Both the position numbers and the translations under genes were made by a program. Source: the human T2T-CHM13v2.0 reference genome, Homo sapiens. From it: a DNA stretch of 64,000 bases. This document shows positions 14,234 to 27,300 of this stretch, piece by piece. The stretch lies in the NCBI RefSeq assembly GCF_009914755.1, contig NC_060926.1, one strand, 5' to 3'. Each line of letters begins with the position of its first letter. Position 1 is the first letter of the stretch. The notes under the pieces are model-generated. The model made no database searches. It was not told the DNA's origin and was given only the letters and a program-made list of their open reading frames with translations.

Positions 14234-15039
14234 TTTTTTTTATTATTATTATTATTAGACTTTAAATTCTGGGATACATGTGCAGAACGTGCAGGTTTGC
14301 TATATAGGTATACACATGCAATGGTGGTTTGCTGCACCTATCAACCCATCATCTACATTAGGTATTTGTCCTCATGTTTTCCCTCCTGTAGCCCCCCGAC
14401 CCCCTGACAGGCCCCAGTGTGTGATGTTTCCCCCCATGTGGCCATGTGTTCTCACTGTTCAACTCCCACTTGCAAGTGAGAACATGTGGTGTTTGGTTTT
14501 CTGTTCCTGTGTTAGTTTGCTGAGAATGATGTTCTCCAGCTTCATCCATGTCCCTGCAAAGGACATGAACTCATCCTTTTTTATGGCTGCATAGTATTCC
14601 ATGGTATATGTGCTACATTTTTTTAATCCAGTCTATTATTGGTGGGCATTTGGGTTGGTTCCAGGTCTTTGCTATTGTGAATAGTGCTACAATAAACATA
14701 CATGTGCAGTGTCTTTATAGTAGAATGATTTATAATCCTTTGGGTTTATGCAGCCAACAAACATATGAAGAAAAGCTCATCATCACTGGTCATTAGAGAA
14801 ATGCAAATCAAAACCACAATGAGATACCATTTCATGACAGTTAGAATGGTGATCATTGAAAAGTAGGAAACAACAGATGCTGGAGAGGATGTGGAGAAAC
14901 AGGGACACTTTTACACTATTAGTGGGAGTGTAAATTAGTTCAACCATTGTGGAAGACAGTGTGGCAATTCTTCAAGGATCTAGAACCAGAAATACCATTT
15001 GACCCAGCAATCCCATTACTGGGTATATACCCAAAGGAT
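14234..15039 (-). mobile_element. L1PA (PA7/8-like), 5'-truncated with 5' inversion
   Basis: Antisense 3' end 14234-14745, then a sense-oriented upstream ORF2 piece 14745-15039. Inserted in the older L1. Confidence 0.92.
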
Positions 15040-16705
15040 GGTATTATTTTTTAAAAAAAATGTTTGATACAATTCAGCAGTGAAGCCATCAGCTCCTAAG
15101 CTTTTGTTTGGTGGGAGACTGTTTATTATTAACTCGATTTCTTACTCATGATTGGTCTGGTCAGATTTTCTATTTCTTCATGATTTATTCTTGATAGGCT
15201 GTACGTTTCTAGGAATTTACCTATTTCTTCTACATTAGCCAGTTTGATGGTGTGTAATGGTTCATAATAGCCTCTTAGGTTCTTTTATGTTTCTATGGTA
15301 TCCATTGTAATATCTCCTCTTTCATTTCTGATTTTATTAATTTGATTTTTTTCTTATAAATGTTTATTTTATCTTTTCAAAAAATCAATTGCCTTATCAT
15401 TATTTTCTGTTGTATTTATAATTTCTATTTCATTTATTTCTACTTTGATTTTTATTTTTTCCTTTCTTGAACTTACTTTCATCTTAGTTTGTTCTTCTTT
15501 TCCTAATTCCTTGTGATGTGATGTCAGGTTGTTTGAGGTCTTTCTTCTTTTCTGATGTAGACATTTATTGTTATAAACTTCCCTCTTAGATCTGCTATTG
15601 CTGCAGTCCATAAGATTTGGTATGTTGCGTTTACATTTTCATTTGTCTCAAGAGATTTTCTTATTTCTCTTTTGACTTTTCTTTGACTCATTGGCTGTTT
15701 AGGAGCATGTTGTTTAATTTCCATATATTTGTGAATTTGTAGAAATTCCTCCCATTATTAATTTCAGTTATATACCATTGGGATCATATGTACACTTACT
15801 ATGACTTAAATCTTCTTACATTTTTAAAGAATTGTATTGTGGCCTAATATATTATTTATCCTGGAAAATTTCCTGCTGAGCTTGAAATGATTGTGTGTTC
15901 TCCTTCTGTTAGGTGAAATGTTCTATATGGGTTTAATAGGTCCATTTGGTCTAAAGTGTACTTCAAGTTCATTGTTTCCATATTGATTTTCTGTCTGGAT
16001 GTCTATTATTGAAAAAGGAGTACTAAAGTCTCTTACTATTATTGTATTGTAATCTATTCCTTCCTTTATATTTATTAATATTTGTTTTATATATTTAGGT
16101 GCTTTAAGTTTGGGAGCATATATGTTTACAATCATTATATCCACTTAATGAATTGGCTCCTTTGTCATTATATAATTGCCTACTTTGTCTTATTTTACAG
16201 GTTTTGATTTAAAATATATTTTGTCTAGTGTAAGTATAGCCAAATCTTCTGTTTCTCGGTTTCCATTTGCATTGAATATCTTTTTTCATCCCTTTACTTT
16301 TAATCTATGTGTGTCCTTAATGGTGAATTAAGTCTCTTGTAGGCAGCATATATTTAGGTCCTATTTTTTATTGTATCCAATCAACTATTCTATGTCTTTT
16401 GATTAGGAAATTTAATTCATTTGCATTCAGTATAATTATTGATAGATAAACCCTTGTGAATTCCATATTGTTCACTGTCTTCTGGTTGTTTTGCAGATCT
16501 TTTATTTTTTTCCTCTCTTGCTCTTATTTTTGCCATTAGATGATTTTCTGTAGTAGAATGTGCTGATCCCTCTCTTTTTATCTTTTGTATATCTACTATA
16601 GGTTTTGGCTTTGTTGTTACCATGAGGATTACATAAAAATCTTACAGCAGGCTATTTTAAGCTGATAACAGTTTAACTTCAATCATATATAAAAATTATA
16701 TACTT

Positions 16706-16950
16706 TATTCTTACAATAAAGTAAGCTAGAAAAAAAGTTACGAAAATCATAATTAAGGTAAAATATGTTTACTATTTATTAAGTGAAAGTGGATCATCAT
16801 AAAGATCTTGATTCTCATTGTTTTCACATTGAGTAGGCTCAGGGGAGGAGGAAAAAGGAAGGGTTGGCCTTACATTCTTGCAGAGGTGGAAGAAATTGGG
16901 TGTATAAATGGATTATTGCAGTCCAAACCCATGTTGTTCAGAGTCAACTG
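16706..16950 (-). mobile_element. Tigger2a (MER28) fragment
   Basis: aataaagtaagctag...gtggatcatcataaag...aaacccatgttgttcagagtcaactg|TA. One terminal inverted repeat retained. Confidence 0.85.
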
Positions 16951-17526
16951 TATTCTGAATTTGACAATGTACTTAATTTTACCAGTAAGTTTTATGCTTT
17001 CATATCTTTTCATGTTACTAATTAGTATTGTTTTTCTGTAAGCTTGAAGGATTCCCTTTAACATTTCTTGTAAGGCCAGTCTAGTTGTGCTGAACTCCCG
17101 CAGTTTCTGTTTTTGACGGGAAGCCCTTATTTCTCCTTCATTGCTAAAGGACATCTTTGCTGTATATAGTTCTTTATGGGGAGTTTTTCTTTCAGCAGTT
17201 TGAATATATAACTCCATTCTTTCCTGGCCTGCAAGGTTTCTGCTGAGAAATCTACTGATAGTCGTATAGGACATTCCCTTGTGTGTAATAGATTACTTTT
17301 CTCTTGATGTTTTTGGAATCCTTATTTTGTCTTTGACTTTTGAGAGTTTGATTACAATGTGTCTTAGTGAAGATCTCTTCATATTTAATCCACCTGGGGT
17401 TCTTTGGGCTACCTTGATCTAATTGTTCATTTTCCTTTCCTGATTTAAAAACTTTTATGTCATTATTTCTTTAAATAAACTATCTGTATGTTTATTTTTC
17501 TCTGTCCTTTCTGGGACACCAATAAC

Positions 17527-17564
17527 ATAGATATAGATATAGATATAGATATAGATATAGATAG
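17527..17564. repeat. (ATATAG)n microsatellite
   Basis: About 6 units read directly. Confidence 0.95.
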
Positions 17565-19439
17565 AGTCAGTTGATGGTGTTTCATAATTACCATAGATTT
17601 TTTGAAACTTTTTACTTCTTTTTTGTTTTTTGTTCCTTTGACTGAATCACTTCAAATGACCTGACATCAAACTCACTGATCCCTTCTTCTGCTTATTCAA
17701 GTCAGCTGCTGAAATTGTCTTTGGAATTTTTCAGTTTAGTCATTGTGTTCTTTAGCTCCATTTTTTAAAATGGTTTTTGTGTCATTGTTGAACTTCTAGT
17801 TTTGTTTGTGCATTATTTTTCTGATATCATTTAATTGTCTATGTCCTCTTATAGCTCTCTGAGCTTCTTTGTTAAAATTATTTTGAATTGTCAGGCAGTT
17901 TGTAACTTTTCATTTCTTTAAGGTTGGCTATATTTTCTTTATTTAGTGGTGTCATGTTTCCCTGATTGTTTGTGATACTTATGACCAGGCATTGGCATCT
18001 GCGCATTTGAAAATGTAGGCACTTATTTTAGTCTTTATAGACTGGCATCTATAGGAAGGACTTTGACCAGTCAGCTTATCTAAAAATTCTGGACAAGTCG
18101 TCTGATATGGTCCATGCATAGGCTTGCTGATAAATTCTTCAGGCAGGCTGGCATGGTAGCTGGGTAAGCAACTAAGTGGGCCTGATGCTTGTGTCTGTGC
18201 AGTTTGGCCTGGAGCCTAGGTTCACTGGGGCATACCTAGTGCTTGAGTCTGATGGGCTGAGCCTAGATCCCAGATCCACAGGGGGATGGTCTGGCACCAG
18301 AATCCACTGAAGTGGGCCTGTGACTGGATCTGCAAGTATAGGCCGGAAGCCTTGATCCATGAGTGTTGACCTGGTGCTAGGGTAGGTCTTAAACCTAAAT
18401 TTTTAAGTGCTGACTAGATGCTAAGATGTGTCTGGTGCCTGAGTCCACAGAGATAGCCTGAAGCCTAAGTCTATGGAAGCTGGTCCATGCTGGAGTGAGC
18501 TTGGAGCCTGATTCAATAGGGGGTGGCATTTGAGCCTTAACCTGTGGGGCACAGCCTGTGTTCAGAGGTATATTGGTGTGGGCCTGGACTCTACATCCAC
18601 TGGAAGTTGGGGACACAGGGACCAGCCTGGACCCTTGGGCAGCCCTGGAGTTGGGGCAGCCTGGAACCTGGGTCATAGAGGCCAATACAGAGCTTGGGTC
18701 TTTGGGGGCTGGCCTGGTGCTATAGAGGCTGGTCTAGAGTTTAGGGCCATGATTATCAGCTTGGCTCTGGGCTAAGCTTGAAATCTGGGTCTGTGGTGTT
18801 GGGCCTGAATCCTGAAGTGGATTACACCCTAGATGCTGTGTCCTCATGTACTAGCATGGTACCTGAGGCCATAGATGCTAGCTTGACACTGGGGTGGGTC
18901 TGTGGACTGCATCTGTGGGGCTGGCCTGGCATTGGGGCAGACCTGGAGGCTATTCCTCAGGTATTAGCTTTGAGCCTAAGGCCATGGAGGCCTGTGCCTG
19001 CCTGGTGTTGGTTATTACTGGGGTGGCCTCAGTGTTGAGGTCCTAGGCAAAGTCTGGTGCTCACTTCACTCTTTTTCCCATATGTAGAGAGGATCTTTGT
19101 GCTGTGTTGCCTGGAGATAGGGGAGAAGTAATGTAGGTAATGTAAAACTGTCTTTCTTACCATTTTCAATATGCCTTTTCTTATTTATGTTTAACATCTA
19201 TATGCTGTCATCTCTCACCTTGTTTCCTTAGCTCTTGTGGAGGTATTTTTAAGTGTGGATAGTTGTTCAAATTAATGTTTCTGCAAGGGACAAATACTGG
19301 AAAGTCCTATTCTACCATCTTGCTGATATCACACTCTAGAACTTTAAAAAATGTTTATAAGTTTTCTTTGACTATTTTGGATTATTAAAATTATCTTGTA
19401 TTTGGAGAAAAAATAATATTAGAGGTGTTTATTCTAGAG

Positions 19440-19690
19440 AGGAAGCATATGGTAATGCTTAGAACTTGGACCTTTTATCAGACTGCTTGAGTAAAAAGTC
19501 CCAGCCACTAACTGTGTGACCTTTGACAAATTACATAAGCTATGTGTGCATCAGTTTCCTAACCTATAAAATAAGAATGATGGTATTCATCTCAGGGAGT
19601 TGCATTGAGGTTTAAATAAGTTTATACATGTAAAGTACTTACAATACTGCATGTCACGTAGTATGAGTACAGCACAAGTATAAGCTATTT
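19440..19690 (+). mobile_element. MIR, near full length
   Basis: actaactgtgtgacctttgacaaattac...tcagtttcctaacctataaaataag...catgtaaagtacttacaa. Confidence 0.85.
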
Positions 19691-20830
19691 TAATATTTGT
19701 TTGAAAATAATAATTGCAGATGGCTTAAAAAGTTTAGAGAGTCAATAAGGCATACATTGAAAATTCCCATCTCTGACTGAGTTCCTCTTCCAAGAGGCAA
19801 CCACTATTTCCATATTTCTGTATACCTGTATTCATATCCAAGAATTGCATAGCTCTTTGTTTAATTTTTATGTCTCTCAGAACATGTTAGTGTTGTTCAT
19901 ATAGATCTTACACACTTCTTTTTAGACTTACTTCTTGCTGTTATATCTTTATGTTAATATTAAAAATGACAATCAGTCGTTATGTTTTTTGATCCAATAT
20001 ATCTGCAATATTAAAAAAATCTATTGACTTTTGTACACTGACTTTATAATCAGCCAATACACCAAATTCTCTTAATGTTTCCAACAATGTTCAATGGATT
20101 TTTGACTACCTTCAAGTAGAAGGCATAAGGGAACAAATACCTTAATAAATTCTAATTCTTGTAATGTCTCCATTATCACTTTCATGTTTGATAATAAAAT
20201 TTTATTTAGATTGCTAGCTTTCCTATGTATTCTCACTCCATCCTGTTGTTGTTGGGAATGCTGGCCTCCCAGACAAGTCATTTTACTAAGACATGGAAAA
20301 ATATAAAACCTTATAGTGAAATTCATTTTAATTTAATAAACAGACAGAAATTATTATTTAATAGAGATTGTAACTTGTCCATGTGGAAGAGGGTCATTTG
20401 CTGCATATGCAGGAGACCATCCTGAGGGAAGCATAGTGTTCCACAATGTGATTGACAGAGATGGTCTTTGTCAGTTGTTTTTCTTCCACATATTATAACA
20501 AATTGCAGTTTTCAACCTGTAAGATAAAAAGTGGGTTAATTTTTATAAAAGCAATCCATTTTTATAGTAGTTTTGAATAACATGAGGAAGGTGCTGAAAA
20601 TCTATACTGGTTATCTGACAAGAAAGTTCTTAGAAGAAATGTGTGTTTTTATTTTACAAAAGGGCAAGTGTTCCAAATGTGTTGATCTTTTCTATGATCA
20701 CAAATGGCTTCAGTGGTATAATAACTAGCAAAGCTTATTTCCTAAAAAAGTAAACACAATTATTATAGCTTTTAAAATACAGGCATTTTATATCAATGAA
20801 TAATAAAGAAATTTTATTTTGAAAGAATAT

Positions 20831-21233
20831 TTTATAAGTCCATTCTTGCATTGCTATAAGGAAATTCCTGAGACTGGGTAATTTATAAAGAAAAGAAGTT
20901 TAGTTGGCTATGGTTCTGCAGGCTGTACAGAAAGTGTGATGCTGACATCTGCTTGGCTTCTGGGGAGACCTCAGGAAACTTACAATCATGTGGGAGGGCA
21001 AAGTGGGGAGCGAGCACTTCACATGGCCACAGCAGGAGGAAGAGAGGGAGGCAGGATGGGCCACATATTTTTAAATGAACAGATTTCAGGAGAACTCACT
21101 CACCATTATAAGAACAGTACAAACGGGAAACCCACCTCCATGATCCAATCCCTTCCTACCAGTTCCCACCTCCAATATTGGGGATTACAATTGATATGAG
21201 ATTTGGGTGGGGACACAGGCCCAAACCATATCA
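20831..21233 (-). mobile_element. MaLR solo LTR (MSTA-like)
   Basis: cattgctataaggaaattcctgagactgggtaatttat...ccaaaccatatca. 5-bp TSD aatat. Confidence 0.94.
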
Positions 21234-21551
21234 AATATATAATGAAAATGAATTTTGAAAATAGATATTTGGAGAGGATTTATCTTTCTGGGTTTTTGTG
21301 GCCAAAGTGATATATTTCCCGTAAAGATTGTCCATATTAGAAAATAAATAAAAACATGGAAAGAGAATTTGATAACATATTTTGAAATACCCTAAACAAA
21401 GAATTTCAGCAATGTAGAAGCTACTTGTTAAAAATATTAAAATGCTACTCAATCCAAATATGCAACAATAATTGTTATTAAACAGATGGAAATTTAAAAG
21501 CAACATTCAAATGAAAATTTTTGCATATGTTTGGATAGAATTATAGAACTA

Positions 21552-21881
<330 letters not shown>

Positions 21882-23409
21882 TTATGTAATAACTTTGTGA
21901 GGTATTATTTTCAATTACGGTAACAATTAAAACCAAATACTAAAACTGAATCTAGAGCCATTCTTTGGAATTGCTATACCTCTAAGAATTTAACCAAGAT
22001 TTCAAAAAATAATGAGTATCATCTAATTACATGCAGTTTACCAAAATATTATAGTTGATACTATTTGTGGAAGCAAAATATGTCTTGCCCTATTGATAAA
22101 TAAAATATTAAAATATTTCAATTATCTCTTATCTTTCTTAGCATTCTCTTTATATTTTAGAATGTATATTAAGCATAATAGTATATACATAATTTATATC
22201 TAAATACAAATATATTGAGAATGCTTGCTCAGATATTTTACTGATAGAAGTAGGAAATCTAAAAATTTCAATTGGTGTAAGGCACCAGTCAATGAGATCC
22301 TTATATAATGGAACCCTAGTGGCTCAAAAGATAAACATTTTTTCCAAACAGCCTAACTTACTATCAGGAGATTCCCTTGCTTAGAAAAGACTATAGCTTA
22401 TCTATTGTAGGTTAAGATAATAGGGTACTTACATTTCTCCACAAGCTCAGAGTAAGAAAAATAGAAAGAAAAGGCAGATTTTCTATGGTTTTAGTTTGAC
22501 AATTTATTAGGCACTTATTTAGACTGAAATATTTGGCCACAGAATGACAAAGAAGTAATACTAATCTAAAATGAGAGAAATGTTAAAGAGAACTTTATAT
22601 GTATTTTGACAAATAGCTGAGATTAAAAGATGACACCTGATATTAAAACAAAATTTTACATATGAAATGTAACATTCCATAGGATAATGGCAATATTATA
22701 TGTATTGAGCCTGGGTCTCTCAGCAGGCATCAATAGGGCATTCCATGGTATTTCAAGATCACTTCTTAGTAAGAAATTATTGCTAATTAAGGATTTACTT
22801 TTCCATTAGACGTGGACATGCAATGACAGAATTACACAAAGAGGATCATAAATGAAGACTTCAATATTTTACCACTACAGATAGTGAAATTCTAAACTTT
22901 TTAGCAGCAGGTCTCATGATATGCATATCACCTTTGTTCATAAGCTAAACTCTTTTCTCTCTTTCCACTTAGATTGTCAGTTTCTTGAGAACAGGAAGTT
23001 ATTTTTACATCTTGGGTAGCTCTGTATAGAGTTGAGATTTGCTCAAAAACCTTTGCAGATTAATCCCCATTTCCCCTAGTCTTTTAGCAAATTGTTTAGC
23101 AAACACAGTATTAAAATTTGTTACTTTGGAGTATCGCCTTTGAGAAGGTAAGGATTTCTTGGCAATGAAGTCCACATAAGCCCTATTATAATATAATTTT
23201 TACCTCAAAAATTGCTATTATTTGTATTTCTGTCTAGATTTTTTTAAAAATGTACTTCTGTGCAGCTCAGTTTCTCTGGGACTTCATAGATTTCCTGGCA
23301 GGAAACATGTACTCCAACCTCTTCTTCACATTGTCAGAATTGGGTTCGGAATTCTCATTGCACCATATCCAACACCAAGAAGGGTTCAGGGGCTGAGATG
23401 CAGTTAGAT

Positions 23410-23555
23410 GCTCCCTGATTTTAGTTCTGTCAGCTGTGAAGTCGGGCTAATACCTATCTCACGGGGGTATCCAGAGGATTAAAAAATAGATTTTTATAAA
23501 GCTCTTTGGAGATCCTTGGATAAAAGAGGCTGCCGAGGCACGCAGTTTTCTTATC
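23410..23555 (+). mobile_element. Ancient CORE-SINE 3' part (MIR1_Amn/MIR3-like)
   Basis: ctgtgaagtcgggctaatacctatctcacggggg...gaggattaa...taaagctctttggagatccttggataaaagaggct resembles the amniote MIR tail (gtaaagcgctttgagatcct.ggatgaaagg). Confidence 0.55.
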
Positions 23556-24278
23556 TCCCCAGTTGCCACGGAGTCTGCGATTTCCCATGGCATGTGGTAT
23601 CAACTGGAGAAAAAGCAAGGGTGAGCTGTGGAAAATAGGAGCCCCGGCAACTGGAATGGACAGATAGCACTAGCCCATGTGAACCGTACCGGCTGCCTCC
23701 TGGGAGGCTAGGAGATAGTCAGGATTGTAATTAATGGATGGAGATGTTGATTCTCTTTCCAGGATAAGTGTGGCATTGCAAATTGGTGAAATTACACAGT
23801 TGTATTCTGTAATTTTGTTTGACTAAAAAAAAAATTAACTAGTAAAATAGCCTCTAGGAAAACTCAAAGGAAGCATAACATCAAAATGTGTAATGTGAAT
23901 AGCTTAGCATTGAACTTGAAAGGTATCCTGCAGTTAACTATTTCATTTATAGGCCAGGAATTTCTACAAATCAAGTTAAGTAAGCGTTTTTTACAAAGAT
24001 CCTGCTGGGTTTGCCTATGGATAAAGATGTTGAACAAGGCATTGCTAGATGAAGAAAAGTCTTTAACTTATCCCATGGACATTGTTTTAAGTGTCAAAAG
24101 ATGTGCCATATTTTGAAATCCTTTAATTCAAATAAGCCACATATTGGCTTTTAAAAAGCCATGAATTTCAACTATCTCATTTTATAAACACCTCTAAAAA
24201 TCACATATTTCTCTTTCATACAGAAAAATTAATTAGGTATTTCCTATTGCTATAATATGACATAATGAATTTAATTTC

Positions 24279-24293
24279 ATATATATGTGTGTA

Positions 24294-24328
<35 letters not shown>
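24279..24328. repeat. (TA)n microsatellite with TG/CA interruptions
   Basis: Read directly. Confidence 0.95.
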
Positions 24329-27300
24329 GGGTGGCAAAGTAAGATGACAGAAGGAATAATCCTTGTTCTTTCTTTTTCTCTGATGGTGCTAGAAATCACT
24401 GAAAGAAAATAAAATTCCGGGGCTAAATAAAAATATGGGGATAGAGAGAAAAAATCAATAAATACCTAAATTATTTAAAGAAAAGCTACTACCGAGTGTC
24501 TTACTGTCATGCATCATACCCTGGATCTGAAAGCAGACAGGTGAATTGTCTCCAGCCTGCATTGGTTTGGACACTCTCTCCAGCACGCTCATTAGCAGCT
24601 CCCAGTCTAGGCTCCCTGTTAGTAGAAAGGCAGGGATCACAGCAGGGAAGTTATATCTCAGGCTTCTCACATTCCTGCTCTATCTTAGCAAAGCTTTACA
24701 AAGCCTTTTCTGGCAGCTCATTAGTAGGTGCACTGATGCATAAGAGACAGTCATTAGAAGTGTTTTTCAACATTGGCTTTTGATCAGGTGACTAGTAGCA
24801 TCGTGAAGACATTTACTTACATTGTTTTCCATAAGAGATTCTGTTGCTATATTGAGAATGACATACATAAAAATGTTGAAAACTAGCTTGACCTTTCTAT
24901 GACAAAAAGGGAGAAGAAAAAGAAATTCCATTAGTTTCCTGAATCTTGCCTTTATACTGTCAACTATGACGTAATAGATGCGTGGACTATTCCCTCAGCA
25001 ACTGCTCTCTTTTAGCTTTAATAATCTAACCCAAGTTCAAATCTATCATTTGATTTAGGCTTATGACAAGCGAACACTAGTGTGAACAAATAGAAATAAA
25101 ACCCCATAAGCTTTATGGTAGCTCTTCCAATGCTAGGCATTTGTTTTTTCACCATAAAGGCTGAATTTCCAAATAAGGGCAAAATCCATCCATACACAAC
25201 CGAATAAAGCATTGTTAAAAAGTTAGCAGACCAAATTCAATGGCTGATTAATCTCTAAAAAGCACTTCCATTGTAAAAAAAAAAAAATTTTAAGGCTCCA
25301 GGGACAATGTTTTTATAAGGAATAACTTAAGGCACTGCATGTAGTGAAAACACGTGGTCAAATGAACCACTGCTTATAAAATAGCACTGACTTTGGCTTT
25401 CTTTTATGAGTGTTCTGTTTATAAAAATAAAGAATATTTTATGGCTGATTGTACTTTTTCTACTAATTTTTGTTTCCTTGATGATTGTCTTTTACCACCA
25501 ATATTCTCTCCCCTTCTCTCCAGAACACGAACTTTATCAGGCCTCTATTTGCTAAGAATTTTGATTTTATCAGTTCATAGAATACACATTTAGCCATTAG
25601 TTCCTTGTGAGGGGAAGAAAATCATGTTAAGCACATACCCTGACATGCAACTCAAAAGGATGAGAAAGTTTCTTTGTCAAACTTTACTGAAACAAAGTGC
25701 ATCAGCTTAATCAGGTCTGTTCTTGGCAATGTAAGAACATGACATGCCAATTACATAAACTTTCAACTAAGTGAAGACTCCTGCTGACTAATTCAGTGTT
25801 GATTGTTTTCCGCTACTTGGGTTTGAGTGCTTGTTAAGACTTAAGAAAAAAAAAAGAGGGGATGGAAAGAGGGGGTAAAATTGTAGGAATTCTCTCCTTC
25901 CGTCAAACACTCTTATGATTGCCAGCAATTAGTTAAGCTTCTTGGCGGTAAAATGACAAGATGGAACTTGACCAAACACAATGTGTGGAGCTCACAGGCA
26001 TCTGCCCCAGCTGAAAGACATTACAATGTTTGTTAACCTTGCAGGTCATTCCTGATTCACTTCTGCAGACAGAAAACAAGATTTATATAACACAGATCAA
26101 TACTGCCCTAAGACTTTCGCCATTGAGGATGCTAGATTGAGGCACTTCTCTTTATCAGTTTACCATGACACTAATGTATTTTGCCTGTTTTGCCTGGGCA
26201 GTGATGAATCTGTTGGCAAGAGAAAACAAATAAGTTTTGTTGCTGAGAGACATGTTGTCCGTGATTTGTCTCAGCAGACATGCCAACTTGCTGGCCAATT
26301 CATTTCCTATTTAATTTAAGTGGCAGATCTGTCTTCCCCTTTCAGGTATGTCTTTTATCTACTGCACAACCACACTGGCAGTGCTCTGAGACAGTCTGCA
26401 GTGGATCTCTGCAAGGATATTGACACAGCGGAGCCAGGAACCAAATCTACTATAATTTTCAGAAGAATCTCTTTGAAATAGAGAGCTACTATCTAAGCCA
26501 GTGTCTGACATGAAAGCTCTTTTGGAGAATATTTTAACAGCATTTTACAAATATCCATGAATTTGATGTTACTGTCATATAATAAGTATATAGCAATTGT
26601 CCTTTTTAAAATCAGAGCTTATTTCATATGTGGATAAATATTTGGTTTACTTTGTGAAACCAAGCAAGTATTAGTTAATTATGAAATATATGTGGCATTA
26701 TATGAAAATATATTATTATGATGTGCTGTATGAGGGTCCAGTTCCCAGTTTTTTCATTACCTCCATTAGTTTTACTCACCTTTAAGACACTAGATAATAT
26801 TTAAATAGCAGAAAAATAAACCTCAAGGTGGTTTATTTTAAAAGCAATGCTTATAAAGTTCAATTTTAAATGAAGCTGCTTTTAAAAAGAAGATAACATA
26901 TCTATCACCAGGCACCCATGACACCTAACTAAATATTAATAGAAAAGCCATGGAAGAAATGACTTCACATTTCAAATCACGACAAAGCTGACGCATCAGG
27001 AAAATGTGTCCAGCGTGGAAACCATAATATAGGCACTCCTCAAACTCTGACAGTCCTCAAGCAATGGAACAGTTAACATAGCACAGCAGAGTCCACAAAT
27101 GTGCCAGCTACATCTCTGTCAGAACACATTAATTATAGCAGTCAGTTTACCTTTCTCCTTCATAACATTTTTGATTAAAATTTCACACATTACAATGGTA
27201 TGTGTCTTTTCTACAAGCTGTGAAATTTACTCAGTCATCAATGGGTTTGAATTTTATTTCTAAGAAGCTTACAGTACATAAAAAGTTGACTTATGATTCC

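Larger units (their letters stand above)
12740..19337 (-). mobile_element. Near full-length old L1 (L1MA-like): 5' UTR about 18.0-19.3 kb, ORF1 about 17-17.9 kb, ORF2, with an internal deletion near 12920
   Basis: ORF fragments 13630-13935 (RT: [30 protein letters not shown]), 15923-16144 (endonuclease: IVNIYAP), 16870-17274 (ORF1 C-terminus: SFSNEGEI..KQKLREFSTTRLALQEMLKG). 5' terminus ccatcttgctgatatcac. Confidence 0.9.

Noticed and set aside
18000-19340. GC-richer stretch with several ORFs as a possible gene or promoter
   Set aside because: Contiguous with L1 ORF1 and ends in an L1M 5' terminus. It is a CpG-depleted L1 5' UTR. The same applies to 50.8-52.5 kb.
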